A stretch of DNA of 24,629 nt from Promethearchaeota archaeon (GTDB lineage Archaea > Asgardarchaeota > Lokiarchaeia > Sigyniarchaeales > SOKP01). The stretch is taken from the NCBI GenBank assembly GCA_008080735.1, contig SHMW01000068.1, forward strand, positions 1-24,629. The letters are read 5' to 3'. The position numbers were made by a program, and so were the translations under genes. Below are positions 17,834 to 24,629 of this stretch, in pieces (the stretch's first letter is position 1; every line of letters begins with the position of its first letter). The notes under the pieces were generated by a model. That model had not been told where the DNA came from and did no database searches. It was given only the letters and a program-made list of their open reading frames with translations.

Positions 17834-18313
17834 TTATAGACCGATATATTCTTCTAATAACACTAAAACTTGGTTTAGTACTTCTACTTTAAATCCAATT
17901 CGGTTTTTCTCGATTAAAAGTTCTATCACCTCTGTGCCTTTCTCAGAGGAAAATCCAATATAGACTAGGCCTACGGGCTTTTCTGGTGTGCCGCCAGTAG
18001 GACCTGCAATCCCCGTAATGCCGATGCCAACATCCACCTTTGCTTGGTTCCGTATACCTTCGCATAATTGTTGAGCTACAAGATCCGAAACTGCCCCAAA
18101 ATCCACAAGCACTTGCTTTTCAACCCCTAAAAGTTCCATCTTAGCTTCATTACTATAGCAAACTATCCCTCGCTCAAATACCTTTGAGGAACCCGAGATG
18201 TTCGTAATCATATGGCAGATATACCCCCCTGTACACGATTCCGCGAAAGCGAACATCTTTTCGTGTTTCGCATATAGATCCAAAATCTGTTCAATTCTGT
18301 CTAATTCTTCCAT
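17834..18313 (-). CDS. pncC: Nicotinamide-mononucleotide deamidase (stand-alone CinA C-terminal domain)
   Basis: AESCTGG, GSSKVF, YSNEAK, GAVS, GITGIAGPTGG..EKPVGLVYIG. Confidence 0.92.
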   Translation of the reverse strand: MEELDRIEQILDLYAKHEKMFAFAESCTGGYICHMITNISGSSKVFERGIVCYSNEAKMELLGVEKQVLVDFGAVSDLVAQQLCEGIRNQAKVDVGIGITGIAGPTGGTPEKPVGLVYIGFSSEKGTEVIELLIEKNRIGFKVEVLNQVLVLLEEYIGL

Positions 18314-18512
18314 ATTCCTTCACGATGGATTTTTAAAGATTTAATTTTTCCATATAATTTATCTTAGCTAAAGATTTAAAGCTTTTCATTTGTTTTAAAA
18401 TTACTATATATAATAAATTAAAAACAAATAAAAATAAGAAAAAAGATATTTTTCTTATAGTTCGAATAAATATTATCGTAATAACAAAATAATTAATTCG
18501 CAGCGTGATTTA

Positions 18513-19052
18513 ATGAGCAAAAATGACGATAAAAAAGGCTTTGTTTTCAAAATAACGGTCATCGGCGACGGTGCTGTGGGGAAAACATCGCTGATCAAAA
18601 AATACACCCAAGGTTCTTTTCAAAAAGACTATATCAAAACACTTGGCGCGCAATTTAGTAAGTATGATGAAGAAATTGATGGGGAGAATTGTAAACTTTT
18701 CTTTTGGGACATCGCTGGACAAGATGAGTGGAATTTTATGAGGCCCACCTTCTATAAAGGTAGTAAGGCAGCAATAATAGTATTCAGCCACACTGACGAT
18801 GAAAGTTTTGAGCATATTCCCAATTGGCATAAAGATATTAAAAAATACTGCGGAGACATTCCCATTGTGCTTTTTGGGAATAAACTTGATTTAGTCGACG
18901 AGGATGAGCTAAATGATAAAAAGGTTGAAGAATTAGTTGAAGAACGAGGTTTTTTAAATTATTACAAAACATCTGCCAAGACGGGGACCGGTGTTTATAA
19001 AGGATTTCAAGCAATTATAAAAGAACTATATACTAAATATAAAAACGAATAA
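18513..19052 (+). CDS. Rab-like small GTPase
   Basis: G1 GDGAVGKT, G2 TLGAQF, G3 WDIAGQ, G4 NKLD, G5 TSAK; no C-terminal Cys. Confidence 0.93.
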   Translation: MSKNDDKKGFVFKITVIGDGAVGKTSLIKKYTQGSFQKDYIKTLGAQFSKYDEEIDGENCKLFFWDIAGQDEWNFMRPTFYKGSKAAIIVFSHTDDESFEHIPNWHKDIKKYCGDIPIVLFGNKLDLVDEDELNDKKVEELVEERGFLNYYKTSAKTGTGVYKGFQAIIKELYTKYKNE

Positions 19053-19077
19053 TAACTATAAAACCAGGGGAAAGATC

Positions 19078-19377
19078 ATAGAATTCGAACAAGATTACCC
19101 GAAAATCTTGTTTTTTTCGTCAAACCATTGCATGCCGTGTAAACCTGTGGAAGAAAAACTAAAACGAATAAATATTTCAATGTTCGGGAAAAAGTTAAAG
19201 ATAGAAAAAATCAATATTGATATTGCAGAAAATAGAGGAATCTTAAAGGAATATAAAATTACCTCGGTACCGACATTAGTTATAGGAGGAAAAAAATTGA
19301 TGGTAAATATTCAAGAAGAAGACATTATTGACGCAATACTTCAAGCTTTCATTGAAAGTGCCGCAAGTCTCATCTAA
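19078..19377 (+). CDS. Thioredoxin-fold protein with CMPC motif (probable ATA start at 19078; first canonical start TTG 19108)
   Basis: CxxC (CMPC), KINID and cis-Pro loop SVPTLVI. The first beta strand PKILFF begins upstream of TTG 19108. Confidence 0.8.
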   Translation: MEFEQDYPKILFFSSNHCMPCKPVEEKLKRINISMFGKKLKIEKINIDIAENRGILKEYKITSVPTLVIGGKKLMVNIQEEDIIDAILQAFIESAASLI

Positions 19378-19469
19378 CCACCATATAAAGAAATTGAAAT
19401 TTAAAATTGAATCAATAACAAATATCAAAATATAAAAATTAAAATAACCAAGTATTAAAGGAGAGAATT

Positions 19470-19949
19470 ATGGATCGAAATTTAATGTCCAAAATACTGA
19501 CGCAAATGAAACGGCATCTAAGGGAAGGAAAACCTATTGGAGATTTGAAAGTAGGCTCACTCCTCGCACTAGGGCACCAGCTTGAAGCAATCTTCTATTA
19601 CTTAGGGCATGAGTTGGGGAGTATGATAAAAGCAAAGGAAGTAGAAGAACCAGAAAAGATCCCCGATACATTGATAAAAATTATATCAGAATTTAATATT
19701 GGAGATGTGGAGATCATTAGTAGTTCGGAGGATAATATTCAATTACGCTTAAAAAACCACTCCTCTATAAAACATTTGATAAATAAGGGAATTAAGTCAA
19801 GTGGGAGTTTTTGTTCATTTGAAGCGGGACTCTTAGCTGGAATTGTAGAAAATATGATTGATATCCATTGTTTTGCTCAAGAAACCAGTTGTAGTCTAGA
19901 AACAGGTAAAGATTACTGTGAATTTATGATAGTATTCCAGAAGGACTAG
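19470..19949 (+). CDS. V4R-domain protein (4-vinyl-reductase domain; Bet3/TRAPP- and HNOX-related fold)
   Basis: FYYLGHELG, FNIG and FCSFEAGLLAGIVE...QETSC...GKDYCEF (C-E-C-C Zn ligands); SD aaggag. Confidence 0.88.
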   Translation: MDRNLMSKILTQMKRHLREGKPIGDLKVGSLLALGHQLEAIFYYLGHELGSMIKAKEVEEPEKIPDTLIKIISEFNIGDVEIISSSEDNIQLRLKNHSSIKHLINKGIKSSGSFCSFEAGLLAGIVENMIDIHCFAQETSCSLETGKDYCEFMIVFQKD

Positions 19950-20066
19950 AGAATTAGCAAAAATGGAGAAATTAGGTTTAGTAAGTTCTATATATCAAAT
20001 AAGAATATCTAATATGTATGAAAAAGTATTAAAACAATAATTATCATTAATTGGATGAATTAAATT

Positions 20067-20588
20067 ATGTCAGAACCAAATTACATCGTGAAAATCTGCC
20101 TTCTCGGGGAAGCTGCAGTGGGAAAGACCTCACTCGTGTACCGTTTTGTACAAAACACCTTTAGAGATTCGTATAAATCTACCTTGGGAGTGAATCTTTT
20201 AAAAAAGGATTTAACGATCGGGGGATATGGAGAAGTTTCTGCACAAATTTGGGATTTAGGTGGTCAAGAAAGCTTTCGGTCTCTGCGGAAACTTTATTTG
20301 GAAGGTGCTAATGGCGCTTTAGTGATTTATGATATGACAAATAGAAAAACATTTGATAAACTAGATGATTGGGTAGACAGTTTTAAAGAAGCTCGGGGGC
20401 AACAACCCCTCTTATTAATTGGAAATAAGGCAGATCTAAAGAATAAAATCGAAGTTGAAGAGGAGGAGGGAAAATCTTTTGCGGAGAAAAATAACATGGA
20501 TTTTATAATCACCTCTGCTAAAACAGGTCTTAACGTGGAGGAGGCATTTAAGGATCTCATAAAAACGATTCTCGATAAAATCTCTTAA
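20067..20588 (+). CDS. Rab-like small GTPase
   Basis: G1 GEAAVGKT, G2 STLGVNL, G3 WDLGGQESFRSL, G4 NKAD, G5 TSAK, NVEEAF; no C-terminal Cys. Confidence 0.94.
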   Translation: MSEPNYIVKICLLGEAAVGKTSLVYRFVQNTFRDSYKSTLGVNLLKKDLTIGGYGEVSAQIWDLGGQESFRSLRKLYLEGANGALVIYDMTNRKTFDKLDDWVDSFKEARGQQPLLLIGNKADLKNKIEVEEEEGKSFAEKNNMDFIITSAKTGLNVEEAFKDLIKTILDKIS

Positions 20589-20711
20589 TTAATCAATTTT
20601 CCACATACTATTTTTTATCATCATTAAATCTTCTTTTAGTCATATTCGTCAAATTGTTTTTAAAAGTATTTAAAAAGGAAGGAAATCTTTAATATTATTA
20701 TTTAAACGCAA

Positions 20712-20761
20712 TTCTCATTAAACTTTATATTAGGTGGTTTAACCAAGGAGAATAATGAGAA
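20712..20761 (+). promoter_or_regulatory. Putative tbp promoter bracketed by an inverted repeat
   Basis: TATA-like TTTATAT (20724-20730) lies between perfect 9-bp arms TTCTCATTA (20712-20720) and TAATGAGAA (20753-20761). Confidence 0.45.
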
Positions 20762-20795
20762 CGCTTATAATTATATTATTAAGGTAAAGGTTTTT

Positions 20796-21440
20796 ATGTT
20801 GAAGGAGGAACAAGCTTCTAAAGATAATCAAGAGGAAAAAAACAACGAAGAGGATTTAGACTATAAAATTGAGAACGTAGTAGCGACCGTGACAATGGAG
20901 ATCCAAGAAAAAATAGATCTCACCAAGATCGCCGCAAAATATCCCCAATCAGAATACAATCCCGAAAGATTTCCTGGTTTAGTAATGAGAGTTGAAAAAC
21001 CTCGAGGAACCGCATTAATTTTTTCTACGGGAAAGATGGTAGTCACGGGATTACGTAAAGCATCTCAAGCAGATACAGTCGTCGAAAAAATTGTAAAAAA
21101 TATAACCAAAGTGGGGATTCCAATTAAGAACCCCCAGATAATAATTCAAAACATCGTTGCGAGTGGGGATTTACATACTCATATAGATCTCAATTTAGCA
21201 GCGGTGGTAATGGAATATGCAATGTACGAACCTGAGGTATTTCCAGGGTTGATCTACAGAATGCAAGATCCGAAATCAGTATTCTTGCTGTTTTCGACTG
21301 GAAAAATCGTCTGTACTGGGATAAAAACGGAAGATGTTGTGGCAAACGCAGTATCTAAGTTGAATAAGGAGATTAGAGAGTTGGGAGTCGCAAAAAGTCC
21401 CGGTGAGATGGAGGATTTTCAAGATCTCACGTTTATTTAA
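20796..21440 (+). CDS. tbp: TATA-box-binding protein
   Basis: Two repeats: NVVAT/YNPERFPGL/IFSTGKMVVTG and NIVAS/YEPEVFPGL/LFSTGKIVCTG. Confidence 0.98.
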   Translation: MLKEEQASKDNQEEKNNEEDLDYKIENVVATVTMEIQEKIDLTKIAAKYPQSEYNPERFPGLVMRVEKPRGTALIFSTGKMVVTGLRKASQADTVVEKIVKNITKVGIPIKNPQIIIQNIVASGDLHTHIDLNLAAVVMEYAMYEPEVFPGLIYRMQDPKSVFLLFSTGKIVCTGIKTEDVVANAVSKLNKEIRELGVAKSPGEMEDFQDLTFI

Positions 21441-21459
21441 CCATTACTCTATCAATTTT

Positions 21460-21825
21460 TTAGTCAATGCTTTTCTCCATATCTTTTTTTTTACAGATGG
21501 CCTTAAAGGAATCAAGATATTCTCGGTATAATTCATTTAACAATTTTGCTTCTTTTGCCTTTCGATATGCTATGAGAAATAATTGATTTAATGATTTTGA
21601 GTTATTCTCCACATAAATATTTCGGTCAAACCCGATAAGGTCCCCATATTGATCTAAAAAGTTACACAGAATGTATCGGTTTTCTGTATGTAAATCAAGC
21701 TTATTCAATGTACCATAAATGCGTAAAATCAGCGGTGCTTTATACTTAATGTCAAGACTTTGTATGGAGTTCAGAATCTTAAAATAGGTGTTTTGAGATA
21801 GGTTTTTTTCAGAGAATAACGACAT
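21460..21825 (-). CDS. Hypothetical helical protein (about 121 aa)
   Basis: Open frame filling the gap between tbp and the dehydrogenase. ATG 21825 is preferred because the upstream extension reads like intergenic sequence. Confidence 0.6.
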   Translation of the reverse strand: MSLFSEKNLSQNTYFKILNSIQSLDIKYKAPLILRIYGTLNKLDLHTENRYILCNFLDQYGDLIGFDRNIYVENNSKSLNQLFLIAYRKAKEAKLLNELYREYLDSFKAICKKKDMEKSID

Positions 21826-21972
21826 AATTTCTAAAAAAAGATCACATCTAAAGAAAACAAGTAATATGGAGATATTATGATGGAAAAATCTATTATAAAG
21901 AATTATATTGGAATTTTGCTTTACACGCAAGGATGTTATAAAATGGATAGAGTTAAAAAGAAAAAAGATGGA

Positions 21973-23232
21973 TTACAATAAATCTGAAAGCTGGAGTGTT
22001 TTTTGATTTCCTTCTTCATCTATGGATTGAAAGATGATTGGAGATTGTTTTTCTTCATCTTTCTCATCAAACTGATATAATTCTTGCATAAGTTGTATGA
22101 TATCCATCGCATTTACGCACGCCTCGGGAGGGATAACCCCTTCCATATCGATTTTTCCACGTTGAATTAGAATTGCCCCGAACGCAGCCGGCATCCCGGT
22201 TCCCTCTCCAAGTCCTTGTCCCTTAGCCGCACCTTCGGAAACTAAGGAAAATATATAAGTACGATCCTCCCCCGTCCGCTTCTTTTTACCCTTGACCACG
22301 ATCTTTACCGATCCTCTTGCACCAGTGATATTTTCCTCTTTTAATAGTTTTTCACGTTGATCAATTAAATAGGTTATAGCAAAGTCATAGGGTCGAACTT
22401 CACATGATTTTCCCTCTATATCTCGAACTTGAATTGGATCTTTGCTATCTAACCCCGCCGCATGAATTTTCCGAGTTAATTCATAATATCGTTCTGGTAA
22501 AACTGAACCCTTATTTGTCACACGCTTAACTCCTTTTATGTATTTTGGTAGAGTAATCGGCTCGGGGTGAGGATAGGGGTATACATGATATTTTCCTGGG
22601 AGATTGACAAATTCTATATCTTCCTCATATTTTTCGCTGTTTTCGGGTTGTATCTGTCTCGCTTCCCCGTTTAAATACATCGGAATTGGATTTGACATGC
22701 AATAGAATCGATGTCCAATGACCGCAGGGCCCTCATCGGGTTCACCACCATGGATATGATACATGTCAATAGATTCGCACTCATCGAGCAGATAATTTGC
22801 GGCAAATGCGGCTAACACGTTGGTAATTCCAGGAGATGACCCCATACCCAATAAAGCTGTAATACCTGCCTCTTTTGCGGCTTCATCAAGTTCTAATGCA
22901 TCATAGGTAGCACCAGTATCATCGCACACATCCACATAATTGATCTTTGCGTCGATAACTTCCGAAAGAATAGGTTTTTCATATTTATAGAAAGGACCGA
23001 TACAATTAACTACTAAATCCATCCCCTCAATCACGTTTTTGATTGAAGACTCATCATTCGCATCCACTCGTAAAAATTGTACTTTCTCTCCCATTTCTGA
23101 AGCCATTTTATTTCCTTTATCAGAATTAATATCTCCAATAAATACCTTAGAAAAATCGGGTGATTTGTTTAAAATATCCACTACTACCCTTCCCACAACT
23201 CCACATCCGCCAAGAATCACTACTTTTGTCAT
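21973..23232 (-). CDS. Saccharopine dehydrogenase / lysine 6-dehydrogenase family NAD(P)-binding oxidoreductase
   Basis: VVILGGCGVVG, VNCIGPF, NYVDVCDD, GMGSSPGITN, HPEPITLP and GVIPPE. Confidence 0.88.
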   Translation of the reverse strand: MTKVVILGGCGVVGRVVVDILNKSPDFSKVFIGDINSDKGNKMASEMGEKVQFLRVDANDESSIKNVIEGMDLVVNCIGPFYKYEKPILSEVIDAKINYVDVCDDTGATYDALELDEAAKEAGITALLGMGSSPGITNVLAAFAANYLLDECESIDMYHIHGGEPDEGPAVIGHRFYCMSNPIPMYLNGEARQIQPENSEKYEEDIEFVNLPGKYHVYPYPHPEPITLPKYIKGVKRVTNKGSVLPERYYELTRKIHAAGLDSKDPIQVRDIEGKSCEVRPYDFAITYLIDQREKLLKEENITGARGSVKIVVKGKKKRTGEDRTYIFSLVSEGAAKGQGLGEGTGMPAAFGAILIQRGKIDMEGVIPPEACVNAMDIIQLMQELYQFDEKDEEKQSPIIFQSIDEEGNQKTLQLSDLL

Positions 23233-23386
23233 TATTTTTGAACCATAAAATTTGTTATATTTGATAAAAACGATTATAACTTAATACTTTATTATATGTA
23301 AGTTGTATAAGTCAATATCACATTAGAAAATTGCGATAGGTGAAGAAAGGAAAGAAAATAATGTGTTCGTACTTAAAATTAGATAA

Positions 23387-23662
23387 TTAACGTCTTATTC
23401 TAAAACTATTGAACTCTCCGGTAGCTTCTTGGAATTCACGATTGCTCCTATCTACCCGCGCTAACCTAGGACCATCTTTAGCAAACTCTAATAATTTTTC
23501 TAAACTCTCCTCGGTACCTTCTGCCTCAATATGTACGCTTCCATCAGGCATATTTTTCACATAGCCAGTTAAATTCCATCTTCGTGCTCTTTTTCGCGTT
23601 GATGCTCGAAAAAAGACCCCTTGCACACGACCATACACATCAATAATTATTCGCTTCTCCAT
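23387..23662 (-). CDS. acyP: Acylphosphatase
   Basis: VYGRVQGVFFR, GYVKN..DGSV, GP and F.IR. TTTAAATA lies about 21 nt upstream of ATG 23662, consistent with a leaderless mRNA. Confidence 0.95.
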   Translation of the reverse strand: MEKRIIIDVYGRVQGVFFRASTRKRARRWNLTGYVKNMPDGSVHIEAEGTEESLEKLLEFAKDGPRLARVDRSNREFQEATGEFNSFRIRR

Positions 23663-23787
23663 ATTTGACAAAAATTCATGGTTATTTAAATTCTTTAAAT
23701 TTATTAGTTATTTATCAAAAGGAGGTCAAAAAAACAAGGAAAAATTCGCGACTTATTTGAGTAATGCGAGAATAATACTGGCAGCTT

Positions 23788-24492
23788 TCAAAAATTGAGA
23801 AAATAACTTTCTTTTTCTGCATTATATCCGATAATTCTTTCCTCTTGTAGAGAATCCAGCACTTTCGAGAGCCAATATTTAGAAGTATCAATTTTTTCTT
23901 GAAGATCTTCAAATGTCAGATAATCATTAATAACAAGGAGAAACTGGATTTTACTTTTCACAGTGAGATTATTAGATCTGGTGATTTTTTCAAACTTTTT
24001 CTGATAATCATATTCCATTGTTCGAAGATGGGCAACTTCATTACTAAGTTTAGATATTACCTCATCTCTTGTCCTGAATACATTCAAACTAAAATCATAT
24101 ATTCGTTTTAATTCCCCTTTTAGTTGCTCTCCTTGAACATCAGCAGATTCTTCACGCTCTTTAACATCGCCTTCTATGTCTGAAGTCTCTGAAAGTAAAC
24201 TAAGAGTTTCTTTCTCAACTGCTTTATTGAATTCACTTAGAACACTTTTGTAATCTTGCCCATCATCATATTTTTCCAATACTAAGACAATGATGAGTTC
24301 CTTATCTTCATTATAGAATGAGATTGAATTCCAATTTTCCTCTTCGGTTATGATGTATGATTCGGTAAAATTATGGGAGATTTGTAATTGTTGTACTATA
24401 TTGGGGGGGATGTCCAAATCCTCGGGGTACTTCATCTTAATCCTCCCACCTTCAACCACATCCCATGAAATGAGACCAATTCCCTTTACCAT
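23788..24492 (-). CDS. Longin/uDENN-like N-terminal domain + coiled coil + C-terminal winged helix-turn-helix protein
   Basis: N-terminal GIGLISWDVVEGGRIKMKYPE hairpin, heptad region ISKLSNEVAHLRTMEYDYQKKF, and C-terminal LTFEDLQEKIDTSKYWLSKVLDSLQEERIIGY...YFL wHTH pattern. Confidence 0.65.
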   Translation of the reverse strand: MVKGIGLISWDVVEGGRIKMKYPEDLDIPPNIVQQLQISHNFTESYIITEEENWNSISFYNEDKELIIVLVLEKYDDGQDYKSVLSEFNKAVEKETLSLLSETSDIEGDVKEREESADVQGEQLKGELKRIYDFSLNVFRTRDEVISKLSNEVAHLRTMEYDYQKKFEKITRSNNLTVKSKIQFLLVINDYLTFEDLQEKIDTSKYWLSKVLDSLQEERIIGYNAEKESYFLNF

Positions 24493-24629
24493 CTTATGAA
24501 ACGACCAGTTAATATGCTTTAAATCTCTCTCTAAAAATACATTAAATAATTTATATTTATAAATTTAATTTAAATTTAATATTTTGTAGAACTATACCGT
24601 AGAAAATAGTAGTATTGAGTAGTTGTGCG

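Noticed and set aside
19021-19080. Programmed +1 frameshift fusing the GTPase to the thioredoxin
   Set aside because: The thioredoxin frame is open from 19021, but there is no convincing slippery site or stimulatory structure, and an SD plus ATA start is a simpler explanation.
21973-23232. Carboxynorspermidine dehydrogenase call linking this gene to the polyamine operon
   Set aside because: It has GSSPG/HPE rather than the GxDPG/HEE pattern I expect for that subfamily, has no adjacent decarboxylase, and lies 7 kb from the operon.
490-24111. Many short ORF-track entries overlapping real genes (e.g. 2267-2614, 7788-8141, 10881-11162, 18510-18830, 23715-23912)
   Set aside because: Antisense or off-frame shadows of well-supported CDSs, with no motifs or start signals.
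1-24629. Selenoprotein or other stop-codon readthrough, tRNA/rRNA, CRISPR arrays, transposases
   Set aside because: The TGA/TAG-terminated genes end at family-typical C-termini. No cloverleaf, GC-rich structural RNA, regular repeat-spacer array or transposase motif was seen by eye.

Overview
AT-rich archaeal genomic DNA, most likely from an Asgard archaeon of the Lokiarchaeia type. This is inferred from an archaeal TBP, deoxyhypusine synthase, BRE/TATA promoters and T-tract terminators, together with three Rab-like small GTPases lacking prenylation cysteines, longin-like proteins, a V4R protein and a possible gelsolin-like protein. About 27 CDSs are supported. No rRNA, tRNA, CRISPR array or mobile element was seen. 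Housekeeping and metabolic genes: long-chain acyl-CoA ligase, argS-agmatinase-deoxyhypusine synthase operon, Hsp20, PncC/CinA, TBP, saccharopine-dehydrogenase-family enzyme, acylphosphatase, a reductive-dehalogenase-like cobalamin/Fe-S protein, a DegT aminotransferase, a Gfo/Idh/MocA oxidoreductase and a glycoside-hydrolase-like protein. The most notable candidate system is a co-oriented Rab-like GTPase / thioredoxin-fold / V4R (Bet3-TRAPP-related) / Rab-like GTPase cluster directly upstream of tbp (18513-20588). Nearby are a stand-alone longin-like protein and a longin/uDENN-like + coiled-coil + winged-helix protein reminiscent of NPRL2. Two genes appear to need non-canonical ATT/ATA start codons. 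All family calls are by eye from motifs; no searches were run.
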